Notes under the pieces: generated by a model
Seen by the model: only the letters and a program-made list of their open reading frames with translations
What the model was told of the DNA's origin: nothing
The model's database searches: none
In this document: positions 26,918-38,299 of the stretch, one piece after another
Numbering within the stretch: the stretch's first letter is position 1
How the letters are laid out: each line of letters starts with the position of its first letter
Source of the DNA: Squalus acanthias
Taxonomy: Eukaryota
Assembly (NCBI GenBank): GCA_030390025.1
Contig: JASTWF010000326.1
Span: forward strand, 310,001-374,000
Direction: 5' to 3'
Length of the DNA: 64,000 nt
Translations under genes and position numbers: made by a program

Positions 26918-27636
26918 GGCCCAAAAATTCATCGCGTTGCGCGAGAGTACGCGCGTATTCCCTCTGCAATTGCCGGTTTTCTGCATGCCCTGCGCATGCG
27001 CTGAAAACCGGCAATTGCTCTTTTGAAAAGGGGGCGGTTCCTCGGTGCATCGCGTGCGCGCACGCTGTGCACTTCATGCTTTGGACGCGCAGGTAAGTAC
27101 TGAAGATTTTAGAAATGTAAAAAGGAGGAGTAAGACCCACTTTTAACAAGGTAAGTAGTGAATTAAGTATTTTTTTGAATTTTTTTTTTACAGGTATATC
27201 TTTTTTAGAGACTTTAAAGACAGGTAAGTTTATTTTTATAACTTTTTAAAAGATTTTAAATTTTTTCAAAAATTTAATTTTTTATTTAAAATGGTTAATT
27301 TATTTAACTATACTTATTTTATTAATGTGATGGTTTTTTAAAAAAATTTAATTGAGGTTTAGCTGTTATTTTGGGGGGGGTGTAAGATTCATAGATTTCA
27401 CAGCACGTCTGTGAAACTTATGAATGGAAGATGGTGTGCTGCCATTGGCTCTAACTGAGTCATGTGATCCCACAGCTCGCACGAATTCACTACGCCGGTG
27501 GGATACGCAAGCACTGCCCAGCAGCTGTCCAGAACATCAAGTTCGTGCGAGCTGGATCTGAAAAAGCACAAGCGAGGCGAGACATCGCGGGGAAGGCTTA
27601 CCCCCGCGGGAACAGAGCGAGATCAATTTCTGGGCC
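26918..27636. mobile_element. Harbinger-like MITE inserted in CR1
   Basis: TIRs GGCCCAAAAATT / AATTTCTGGGCC; interrupts CR1 codons (..EDINKL..) with 3 net extra flanking bases (AAT/CAT). Confidence 0.85.
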
Positions 27637-28083
27637 CATGTCTTCTTGTAATTTGTTGCAGTCCTCCTCTGTGTTAACTATCCCTCCCAATTTGGTGTCG
27701 TCCGCAAATTTAGAAATTGTGTTTTTGATTCCAAAGTCTAAATCGTTAATAAATTGTGAACAGTGGTTCTAGCACTGATCTTTGTGGGACCCCACTTCCC
27801 ACCTTCTGTCACTATGAATAACTACCTTTACCCCTACTCGCTGCTTTGTCTTGCAGCCAGCTAGCTATCCATTCTGCTACTTGTTCCCTGACTCCGCATG
27901 CTCTGACCTTATTCATTAGTATATTATGTGATACCTTATTGAAGGCTTATTGGAAATCTAGATATATTACATCAGCTACATTACCCTTGTCTACTCTCTC
28001 TCTCCATTACCTCTTCAAAGAATTCAATAAGGTTGGTCAAGCAAGACTTTCCCTTTTGAAATCCATGTTGACTATTCATTATT

Positions 28084-28849
28084 GGGCCAAAAATTCGGCC
28101 CTTCCCGGGTGAGTACACAGTGCGTACTCACCCGTAAGACGTCCCGAAGTGCCGGTTTCCTGCATGCACTGCACAGGCGCGGGAAACCGGAACTTCCGGT
28201 CTGGTGAAGGGGGCGGTTCCTAGGTGAACCACATGCATGGTAGAGGCTGCGCGCACGCAGCAAACTTAGATTTTTTTTCAGGTTTGTACGGGAGGGTAAG
28301 TAGTGAAGAACCTACGCTTATAAAAAGGAGGCGCAGGAGCAGTTTTCAAAGAAGGTAAGTGGTTAATTAAGTATAATTTAAAAAAAATTTCAACAGATTT
28401 ATCTTTTTTAGATACTTTAAAGAAAGGTAAGTTTATTTTTATCACTTTTAAAAAGTATTTTAATTTTTTCAAAAATTTAAATTTTTGTTTAAAGTGGTTA
28501 ATTTATTTAACTATAGTTATTTTATAAATGTGATGGTTTTTTTTTACATTTATTTTAAGTTTAGCTGTTCTTTTGGGGCCGATTTCAATTCACAGATTTG
28601 ACAGGTCTTCCTGTCAAATCTATGAATGAAAGATGGTCTGCTGCCATTGGCTCTCCATGGCCCACGTGATCCCAGGGGACGCATCGCACTAACTGCGCCC
28701 CTGGGACATGCACGCACTGTGCGCCGGCACTTGGAGCAGGCCCAGGAGCTGAAGTTCCCGTGGGTCCAAAACACAACGGCAGGCGCGGTAGATAAGTGCG
28801 CGCGCGATCCTTACCCCCGCGGCAAGCCAGAGAGGCGAATTTCAGGGCC
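28084..28849. mobile_element. Harbinger-like MITE inserted in CR1 (diverged relative of 26918-27636)
   Basis: TIRs GGGCCAAAAATTCG / CGAATTTCAGGGCC; collinear with 26918-27636; interrupts HLEIKNIIMNSQHG with 3 net extra bases (ATT/AAT). Confidence 0.85.
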
Positions 28850-29774
28850 AATATGTTTTTGATTTCTAGATGTTTCTCTATTTCTCCTTTAGTAGGGATT
28901 CCATTATTTTTCCTATTACCAATGTTAAGGTGACTGGTCTATAGTTCCCCTGGACATGTTCTATCTTCCTTCTTAAATATATAGATATAACATTAGCTAT
29001 CCGCCAGTCCTCTGGCACTACACCTTTTTCCAATGAATTATTAAATATGTGTAATAGTGCCTCTGCTACGTCTTCCATAGATTCTTTTAAAATGAGTGAA
29101 CGTTTCTTTTGAAATACCATTGTTGGTATATTAACATAAAAGCATTGAGATATTCTGAATTGAACTCACTCAAGTACTCTTAGGGTTTTCAGAAGAATAA
29201 TGAACCAGTTTTAGAAACAAAACAATATTTTACTAATTATGAAGTAGGAATTTCTAGTTATTACATGTAAGTGTATTCAACAATGTAAGTGAAAGGAAAT
29301 TACACAGTACTACTAAACTAGTCCATAATTCAAGCATCAAGCAGGTTGTGTTTAAAAATCAGTGTACATATAAAAGCAGCAATGGGACAAAATCTATATG
29401 CCACTCATGGAACACACTTGTGAATTTGGCTCACAGGTTATTACATTTGCCTACTTATGAGCAGTACATATAGTACCTTGTGTGCCCTCAACATAAACTG
29501 TGTTTTTTAAATTAATTTATTAATTCAAGCATGCTATTCTGGATAATACAGAAACACATGTTACAGATAGACTGGTGAGTTATCTCATGTTGTTTACCTT
29601 CTGATTATTGTAGAAAACACACACACAGAATAGCAGAAACATAAATACAGGGTGTTATTTAAATGTCATCCTTCAAGCATCTGATTTTCTGCCATGCTGG
29701 CCTGTTAATGTTTTGTCTAAAAAAAATGTTGTCACAACTCATAACAGAATGACAACCAGACTACCCAAGAGATT

Positions 29775-30695
29775 TTAATTTTCACAGGCTGGGAGAAGAA
29801 CAGCTCAAGTTGTAAAGGCAATTAGTTTCTATAATGTATTAGGGACAGTTTTCTAGGACAATATGTTTTAGAACTGACAAACCATACTAGATTTAGCAAT
29901 GAGTAATGAACCAGAATTAGTTACCAATCTGACGGTAAGGGAACATCTTGTGAATAGTGACCATAATATTACTGAATTTGATGTTAGAATTGAGAGGGAG
30001 AAGGGAGAGTCACAAACAAAGGTTTCAAATTTAGGTGAAGCAAACTTCAATGTGTTGAAAAACAAATTGACTGCAGTAAACTGGGCTGATCCGTTAATGG
30101 GTAAACCTGTAGACAAATAGTGGGAACTATGCAAAGTATTTGGTACAATACAAAACCAGTACATACTCCTAAAAAAGGCAAAAGCACCACTTCTGTAACT
30201 GAACAACTTTGGTCAACAAATGAGGTAAGAGACAGTACCAAACTAAAAACAAAATGAGCTTACAGAAATGAAAGAAAAAAATGGAAATCCAGAGGACTGG
30301 GAGAGCTATAAAAAAGCAATAAAGGGAAACCAAGAAGGTAACAAGAGGTGCAAAAAGGAAATATCAAAACAGAAACCATGTCCTCTGGTAGTGCAATCCA
30401 GACAGGAGTGCATAATCTTAAAATGAAAGCTAGGGTATTTAGGAGTAAAATCAGGAAGCACTTCTTCACAAAGGGTAATGGAATTCTGAAACTCTTTCCC
30501 CTAAAAGGCTGTGGATGCTGGGTCAACTGAATTTTTTTTTTTTTAAAAGACAGAGTCAGATTTTTGTTAGACAAGACTAGTATGGGATATGGAGTAAATG
30601 CAGGTAAATAGAATTGAAGTACAGATCAGCCACAATATAATTAGATTGCAGAACAGGCTTAAATGGCGGAATAGCCTACCCATTCCTATGTTCCT
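29775..30695 (+). mobile_element. Internally deleted CR1 LINE
   Basis: ORF 29899-30120 (EHLVNSDHN, endonuclease end) joined to 3' end remnants (RKHFFT) and a TTCCTATG tail. Confidence 0.7.
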
Positions 30696-30780
30696 ATTTA
30701 AGCAAAGAGTCAAGAGTTCACACCATATAATCATTAGCTTGTCTTTAAAGTGGTCTGGAATAACTGACACTTACATATGT

Positions 30781-31225
30781 TTTTTTTAATTCATTCATGG
30801 GCTGTGGGCATTGCCAGCAAGGCCAGCATTTATTCCTCATCCCCAATTGCCCTTGAGAAGGTGATGGTGACCCACCTTCTTGATCCGCTGCAGTCCGTGA
30901 GGTGAAGGTATAGCGCTATTTGGGAGTTCCAGGATTTTGATCCAGCGACGATGAAGGAATGGCGATATATTTCCAAGTCAGGATGGTGTGTTACTTGGAG
31001 GGGAACTTGGAGCTGGTGGTGTTCCCATGCGCCTGCTGCCCTTGTCCTTCTAGGTGGCAGAGGTTGCGGGTTTGGGAAGTGCTGTTGAAGAAGCCTTGAC
31101 GAGTTGCTGCAGTGCATCTTGTAGATGGTACACACTGCAGCCATGGTGCGCCGGTGGTGGAGGGAGTGACTGTTTAAGGTGATGGATGGGATGCCAATCA
31201 AGCAGGCTGCTTTATCCTGGACTAT
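30781..31225 (-). mobile_element. 3' end of second LINE family
   Basis: ORF 30830-31228 (SLHHRRTMAAVCTIYKMHC) is nearly identical to the end of ORF 58630-59475. Confidence 0.85.
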
Positions 31226-34200
31226 CATGAGGTGCTATATCCAACACAGGCCAAATGTGTCTCATGAGCTCTTTTCATCTAGCCCCCGTTTCCTCTCCTA
31301 TTCAGTGAAACAAAGCTGCTTTCAACTACTGTTACTTTGGGAACTGAAGCTAACGTTGGTTAAAATTGACTTTGTATGCTTAAGTGAGAAATGGGAGCCA
31401 GATGAACAGCTCAGCTGCAGCCCTTTAAACTACTGAGCTCTCCAAGAGTAAAAAAAAGCTGATCCATAATTGGTGGATTTAGACAAATCTGGTACAGCTT
31501 ACTACAGCTGTAATCCAGACTGGGAAACCGAAAAAGCAAAAGTTGAAGGTCCTGAGGATTGGTAGAAGTGAAGATTTGGGGTGGGTAGAGGAAAGAAGGA
31601 TTGGGGTAAAAAAAGACAGTGGGAAGAAGGGGAATGCTTGAATATTGTGTGAATGGGCTCTTGCGTTGTGTATGGATGATCTCACTTGTTTTCTGTATAG
31701 GTTCTTGCATTTTTGTATACAAGGCTGCTTTGATTTTTGCACGCAAAAGGTGCTAATTTGTTTCTTTTTTGTCTACGAGAGTCTCAATTTTTGTGGCTGG
31801 CGGAGGTTTGAAATTTCACGTGGCCCACTTGTTGGTTTTGATAGGAGTATCTAGGTCGCAAGTCCAAAAGGTTGGATGGACATCCTTGCCACAGACAACC
31901 AAACAGTTGACTGTAGATTCACTTTAGCATTCATGAATTTGGAATATAACCAATTTCAGAAAGTGTGCTATTAAGCGGAATGGTGTTGAGCTTTCCAATA
32001 TTGGTACATTGTGTCTCAGTGGAATTCCTCTCCTGCCAGAAAGTATACTCCAACTGATCCTAATACAGATCGAGACCAGGTGAGCAGTAGGCCATGAAGA
32101 AAACCACTTGCAGAACCATCTGTCTCATTCACATATGACCAGAACTGAAGGCCGACAAAACCGCTAACTTCAGGGTCCCCCATCTACAAGATCAGAAATG
32201 TTCATAATATAACTACATAAATTGAACATAAAGTTATTGACGAATAGTATAGATACCAGAATCACACAGAAATCATTGTTTCTATGGAATAATCAAGTTT
32301 AATATACTGAAATTTGGTTCACAAATTTCTTTGCAGGGGACTTCTGCTGAGCTATTCAGTTCCTAAATGATTAGGTTTGTTTCAGTGGGTTATCAATTCC
32401 ACCCCAATCCGCATCCATTGGCCATGGATAGTTGGAATCAGTCCAGGGATGAAAATGGAAAGGCCTAAAGAAGTGACAAAGACCACTATGAATTCTTTTA
32501 ATGTTTAAAATACAGCAAAAAGAAATAATAAACACTTGAGGCTCATTAAATTGGTTATCTTTATTTGCCGATCTTCCATAAAATGACACTTATACATTTA
32601 TTTGCACACTTACAAACACAGAATTGCTATCTTTATTAGAGAAGATACAAATCTGCCGTCCTGGGTATCAAACAACAAATGACATTTAGAATGTCACACC
32701 AAGTACCTGAAATTCTCATCCAGGCCATTTGGAAGTTATTTTTAAAAGTTTATCAAACTCATTACTGTGTGGGGGCGGGACTATGTACTGTACATGAGGG
32801 TACTTCTGAACTATAAAGCCTTTAAAACGCTCATCTGCAGTCAACCATACTTGCACGCTTTGCAGTTAAATTGTAGGATCCCAACCCAGTGAACGAATAA
32901 ATTGAAATAATTAACGGTCTGGTTTTAAACCGACTAGCACTTGTGCTCTCTAATGGCTACCTGTGTCAGCGTTGAGTGACAAAAGTTTAATGAAGACTGA
33001 TGAAAGGGCTGAAGAGGAATCGCAGAGAATAAAAACAATGAGCACCGTATGGATTACAAAATAGGTTACGGACTTCCACTTAACCGCCTTGGTCATATAT
33101 CCCCCTACAGGTCAACAACAGACACTGCTGTTACACAGCACCCGGGGCACTGTTCAGTCAAAAAAATACAGAATAATTGCAACCAAAAATTCTTCCAAAC
33201 CTAAAAATTAATCTGCAGTGACACGCAATAGAACAAATCGGTAGCTATCGGCCCTTTTTCTTCAGAGCCATTCTTCCTCCTCGCGGAGAGAACAGTGGAA
33301 CTGAGTTTAGTAATTGCGGATCCTACTTATTTTTAATTACAAAATTGTAGCTAAACAAGGTAGCAGTTGTCGGTGAATCAAAACGCAAGACATCTGCGCA
33401 CTGACATTATGGAAATCAGCGAGTCAATTCTGTCCAATGTAACAACAATCGACTGTCACTGGCTAATTGTCTTCCAAACAACGCATATGTTGATCGCCTG
33501 TTGGAACTCCCGGTCCTCATCACCAATAGTTAATCGAGCCAGGACCTAATGAATCCCAGAAAATCATATGCATTCTTCTACAATTACAAAAACCGGCTAC
33601 CAATAAATGATCATGCTTCGCCACTTTAAATGGTAAAGACACTGCATTCCCTCCCAACGGATTAAGCCATCACCTCCCGAATACAGGGGCGTGCCATTAA
33701 AACAAGAATTTAATCCAAATAAAGAGGGGATTTATTGCTTATTATTGCGGCGCTGAAATTAGCGACAAAGGCACGGGGATTTGTAAATCGTGAGCGTAAT
33801 GTTGGAATCTCACAGCTTCGGGAACCAGCAACAACTGCATCCGACAGAAAAATAGTGTTCAGTTGCAGAATTAGCCTGTTGGGATCATATGAACTGGTGT
33901 CTATTCTAACTTCAGATAGGCGCGACAAAGTCACCGTTGTGTTTACAGCGACGCAAAGTACAAGCATATGCTGGGGCCAAATCCCAAAAGCACAAACGAC
34001 GAACCCAGAAAAAGAGGTTTCACACCGAACATTGTACATTTTGGATGGGTTATGGATTTTAAACGTCCAAGAAACAAAGCTGCCTTAGAACAAGTGTGTA
34101 TATATCTCTCTAGGAACCAAACATTATTAACTTGCCAGCCAACCTCAACAGCCTATCTTTACCAAGATTGAAATGGACATGTCCGTGCTTTTTGCTAAAA

Positions 34201-34682
34201 GCAATTCTGGGAGATTCAGGAACGGGGTAGCGGGCTGTAGTCTTTCCGATGTAATTACTGCATTTGCCAATCATTTCGCAAGCCTGGACTTTGTCGTCCT
34301 GGTTCTAACAGTACACAAAGATTTTGCTGCAGTCTTTTACGTGTATATTTTTTATTGCAACGCAGCATTTAACATTCGCGGAATTACATAATTTCCAACT
34401 TGATACCCATTGTAAAGACCGCAAACCGGGATCGTGTGTGTATATATATATATATTGCCCCCATATTCTTATTTTCGACTAAAAAGTCGGACTTACAAAT
34501 TCTTGTTCGAAACACGTACGGACGACTCCAGCTCATAAGAATGTTTTGCAGCCGTCTTTTAAAAGGCAGTTTAAAGCGTTATGGGCAGTTGGTTTTCCGT
34601 GCGATATAGAGTACAAGTTACCTTTATTTGTGTGTACAGTACTGCAAATTGTATTTAAAAAATCAGTTTACAAGTCCCCTAC

Positions 34683-34746
34683 CTTGAAATGCAAAGAAGA
34701 ACAAGAATCCCAGAATCCCGATGCTGTGCACCACGTAGAAACACAT
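34683..34746 (-). CDS. LSAMP: First coding exon: signal peptide of an IgLON-family adhesion protein, LSAMP exon-1a-like (MCFYVVHSIGILGFLFFFAFQ-G)
   Basis: ATG at 34746 with A at -3; 21 hydrophobic codons plus 1 nt, then donor AAG|GTAGGG (phase 1). Shares M..Y..HS...LGF......QG with the tetrapod LSAMP 1a leader as I recall it (MRTYWLHSVWVLGFFLSLFSLQG). Too short for the ORF track. The symbol is tentative; another IgLON paralogue is possible. Confidence 0.65.
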
Positions 34747-34969
34747 CGTATTCTCTTGTTAAAACAATCCAGGCAAGGAAGAAAGTCCTTCTTGGAATCT
34801 CTCGAATCCGAGTCCCTGAATGCAATGGATACAGTGTTACACGGCGATCCCGCTCCCTCAGTGTGCCTCTCCTGCCTCCAGTCAGACAAGTGAGAAATTT
34901 ACAAACAGCGGAGCTCCCGCGCAACAACGCCACTCAGCGTCCCGAATCCCAATAAACTCTGTTACCAGC

Positions 34970-35085
34970 ACCGCACACTGAGCAGGAAGGACAGCTCACA
35001 CCTATTTACTATTTCTACTGCAATTCCATCAAACGTAATTTTGGGGCACGCAACAGTAATCATTTCTTTTTAAAACATTGGTTTC
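34970..35085 (-). promoter_or_regulatory. Putative core promoter (CCAAT, TATA-like, Inr)
   Basis: Minus strand: CCAAT at 35081-35077, TAAATA at 35008-35003, Inr-like CTCAGT with the +1 A at 34979, 29 nt from the TATA start. Gives a ~230-nt 5' UTR before the ATG at 34746. Confidence 0.5.
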
Positions 35086-36229
35086 CCCTTTATTTTAAAT
35101 ATACAGTGAGATACCATCAAACTGGCGAACGCCCCCTTTTCACTTGGTAGAGACTCACACCCCTCCTCTCACGCAGCGGATCAGACAACCAGCATAAACA
35201 CGATCTGCGAGAGGGGTAACATGTTTCCCCTCCAGCTCCTATCCAATGCCCGTTAGGGTGTTTCTAATGCGAAAGCTTTGCTTTTATTTTTCTAATACAG
35301 GCTGGACAAATTCTAGATTTACACAGCCGCCATTTCTGGAGCTGAAACGGAATTGTGTGGGGGGTGTCTACATTGCCAAGTCCACCCCCTCTTTAGCAGG
35401 TGCGTGGTTTGGTAGATCCATATCTGTAGTTCTCTGTGCAAGAAATGACTACAAACGTGAGCGGCGTGGAGCCGCACCATTTGCCCACAGGGAGAAGCTG
35501 TACCTACTCCCGGGCCGGCCCCAGACTCAGAGACTTCACCTGCGCTCTGCACATCTCCACATGTCCAGTTGTCCACCCACCTTCACTGGTTCCAGCACCA
35601 CTGCACCTTATTCCACAGTGCTGTCAACTCTGTACACCTCGTACTTTACAAAACCAACATAAACGCTGCAGAATTATAAATGGAGTTAATCGCCTTCGGT
35701 GCATATACAATCTCCCCTCAGGCTCAACATATTAAAAGGCACATACAATATTGGAGCTAATTTACTAAAATTTCTACTGATGTCTTTTCCTTTAAAATTA
35801 TTTACTTGATAAGATTCCTCCTCTTCCCTAACTGTTGCAGTTTGGAAAGAAATAACTTGCATTTCTCCAGCGCTCCTCACAACCGTGGCGCCTCCCAGGC
35901 ACTGGATCACTTTCCAGGTGCAGCCACCGTTGTTACAGAGGCGAGCATAGCCGCTGCTGTAAAGTTATCCAAGACATTTTGTCAACGTTATATATCCCCG
36001 GTTATAAATAATTCGTATTAGTTTATTCGCAACATCAGGACAATATACAATTACTTAAAAGATTGTAAGTGTGGCGAAGGAGCAGATTTGCTCACTGGTG
36101 TGCACGCACGGCCCATTTTTTTTAAAGGTGAAATGTGAAGCAGGGACTATGTCTTCAGTATAAAACTCATATTTATTTACTTATGTTCCGTCACCTTTGG
36201 TTTGAATCAACTCTGTAACCGTACACTGA

Positions 36230-36530
36230 CCTCCCTGCTCCTGGGCCTGGCCAAAGTGGCCATCAACTGGTCCAGGCAGCGGCCGGTCGAGGGGGTCGTT
36301 CGGCCCGATTGCCTGCCTCTCTTCTGCGGCCACGTTCGCGCCCGAGTGGCCCTGGAGGTGGAGCACGCGGTGTCCGCCGGCATGCTCGAGGCCTTCCGTG
36401 ATCGGTGGGCACCGCAGGGACTGGAGTGCATCATCACCCCAGTCAACCAAATTTCAATTTAATTTGTTAAATTTCCTTTAATGCTTTAAGTTTAGTTACA
36501 GTTTATTTGTTTATGGTCCCCACAAAAAGA
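36230..36530 (+). mobile_element. Tx1/L1-clade LINE 3' end, copy 1
   Basis: LLLGLAKVAINWSRQ...FRDRWAPQGLECII, a Tx1-type ORF2 C-terminus; T-rich 3' UTR; AAAAAGA end. Confidence 0.7.
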
Positions 36531-36544
36531 GTACACTGATCTCT

Positions 36545-36820
36545 AGGCCCGGCCAAAGTGGCCATCAACTGGTCCAGGCAGCGGGCGGTCGAGGGGGTCG
36601 TTCGGCCCGACTGCCTGCCTCTCTCCCGCGGCCACATTCGTGCCTGTGTGGCCCTGGAGTTGGAGCATGTGGTGTCCGCCGGCATGCTCGAGGCCTTCCG
36701 CGACCGGTGGGCACCGCAGGGACTGGAGTGCATCATCACCCCCCGGCAACAAAATTTTAATTTAAGTTGTTAAGTTTACGGTTTTGTTAAGTTACAGTTT
36801 ATTGGTCGATTCAAAAAAGA
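36545..36820 (+). mobile_element. Tx1/L1-clade LINE 3' end, copy 2
   Basis: Same peptide as copy 1 but a different 5' truncation and 3' UTR; flanked by GTACACTGANCTCTA. Confidence 0.7.
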
Positions 36821-36932
36821 GTACACTGAACTCTAAAATGCCGTGGCCCCACCCCAATCAACGCGCTTGTTTCAGGGCAGCCTGTGATATTGGACACCCA
36901 TATCTGCAAGGACCAGGATTAAGAGGTGTCAA

Positions 36933-37026
36933 ATAAAAACAGAGAATGTTGGAAATGCTCAGCAGGTCAGGCAGCATCTGTGGAGAAAGAAACAGAGTTA
37001 ACGTTTCAGGTCGATGACCTTTCATC
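36933..37026 (-). mobile_element. ~94-nt Penelope-derived insert
   Basis: Reverse complement begins GATGAAAGGTCATCGACCTGAAACGTTAACTC; imperfect TSD AAGAGGTGTCAA / AAGAGATGACAA. Confidence 0.75.
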
Positions 37027-37497
37027 AAGAGATGACAACATTTTTTTTTGATTTCTGACAGGCAATCACAAGCTTAAAGTTCCTAATCCACAATTAATTT
37101 ACTCTCAGTATTTCCCAGTTTACTCCTCCAGTCTGCATATAGCCCTGGGCCTATTTCACAACCCATTGGAGCTAGCAAAAATGTTAAGTGGCTTTGCAAT
37201 TTATACAAGAAAATAATTTTAAAGGAAAAGCCATCAGTAGGAATTTTAGTAAATTATCTCCAATATTGTATGTGCCAATCATCCATGGTTAATATCGACT
37301 AGCCAATGTTTTTAGGGTACTGTCCACGCTCAGTGATTTAAACCAGCACGGACTGGTCTGTGCCCCAGTCTAGCATTGCTCTCAGGCTCTTACCACCTGT
37401 TGTTGCTTTAAGAAACTGAATCCCCCCTGCACACTGAGGGTAAGATTCTCACACAATTTGGAATTCCCACATTGAGTGTGCAGCAGCATATCATCCC

Positions 37498-37770
37498 TTA
37501 GAATCCCAGAGTTATACAGCAAAGAAACATCTCATTCAGCCCATCAAGTCTGTGCCAATGTTTCTCTTCAGATGAGCCACTTAAATCTAATCCCACTCTT
37601 CTGTTTACTATCCCGTAGCTTTTAATATTCCTCTTTTTCATGCAACTATCTAATCCTACTTTAAAATAATTTATGGACTCTGCTTCATTAATGGTTTGTG
37701 GCAGAGAATTCTACATTCTAACCATCTCCTGTGGAAAGAAAGGTTTTCAATCTTTCCACCCCCATCCCAA
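37498..37770 (-). mobile_element. Decayed CR1 3' end
   Basis: CATTCAGCCCATCAAG tail motif; GGCAGAGAATTCTACATTCTAACC (antisense of the VRMWNSLP motif, with TGG mutated). Confidence 0.55.
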
Positions 37771-38299
37771 TTCTTTAATTATTTCCTTTATATTAGCAAC
37801 AGGAGAAAAGGAGGCTCTGTGGGAGGAGGTGGGGAAGAAGCCAGAAATGGTAGTGGGCACGGGTAGCTGCTGGAAGTGGATCTTTGGGTGGGGGAGAGGG
37901 GAGTTCCAACTTGAAATTGAAAGGGAGGGGGAGGAGTGACTCCATAAGCTGGTAGGGTTAGAATGAGTACAGTGGCTTGGTGATCCTGGTCTGAAAAGGG
38001 TAGAATGCCTCAGTGATATGGAGGGAGGTGTTGGAGGGGGTTGAATATCTGTGAGGGGGTGTGGAGAAGAGAATGCTTGTGAATGTAAAAAAAATGTAAG
38101 GGAGTATATCCTCAGATTCCCACCACCCCTCCAGAAATGTACCACCAGCTTGTGTTCCTGTATATGATGTTGCTTAACTGCAAGAAGAAAAGGTGCAATA
38201 TTTTCCCATGCTTGTTGAAATTTAGGGTAGAGTCCCTATCTTCTTTGTGCTCTAATGTTTAGCTGTGAACCTTAAGTCAAACCATTTATTTTCTGTTTG

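Larger units (their letters stand above)
26092..29100 (-). mobile_element. CR1 LINE RT/3' portion split by two MITEs
   Basis: ORF 28878-29120 (VPEDWRIANV, NYRPVTLT); SQHGF and KFADDTK remnants; frame resumes across both inserts; GGCCATTCGGCTC tail motif at ~26120. Confidence 0.85.
33200..36120. promoter_or_regulatory. CpG-enriched non-repetitive region around the first exon
   Basis: Visibly more CG dinucleotides than the CpG-depleted flanks and no recognisable repeat; judged by eye, not computed. Confidence 0.6.

Noticed and set aside
34668..34933. Track ORFs 34668-34889 and 34679-34933 (-) as the gene's first exon
   Set aside because: Non-ATG starts and no recognisable homology; the third frame gives an ATG-initiated signal peptide ending at the splice donor.
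34964..35000. REST/NRSE-like site near the TSS (CAGCACC...GGACAGCTC)
   Set aside because: Half-sites are 16 nt apart, and the canonically spaced version lacks the invariant CC.
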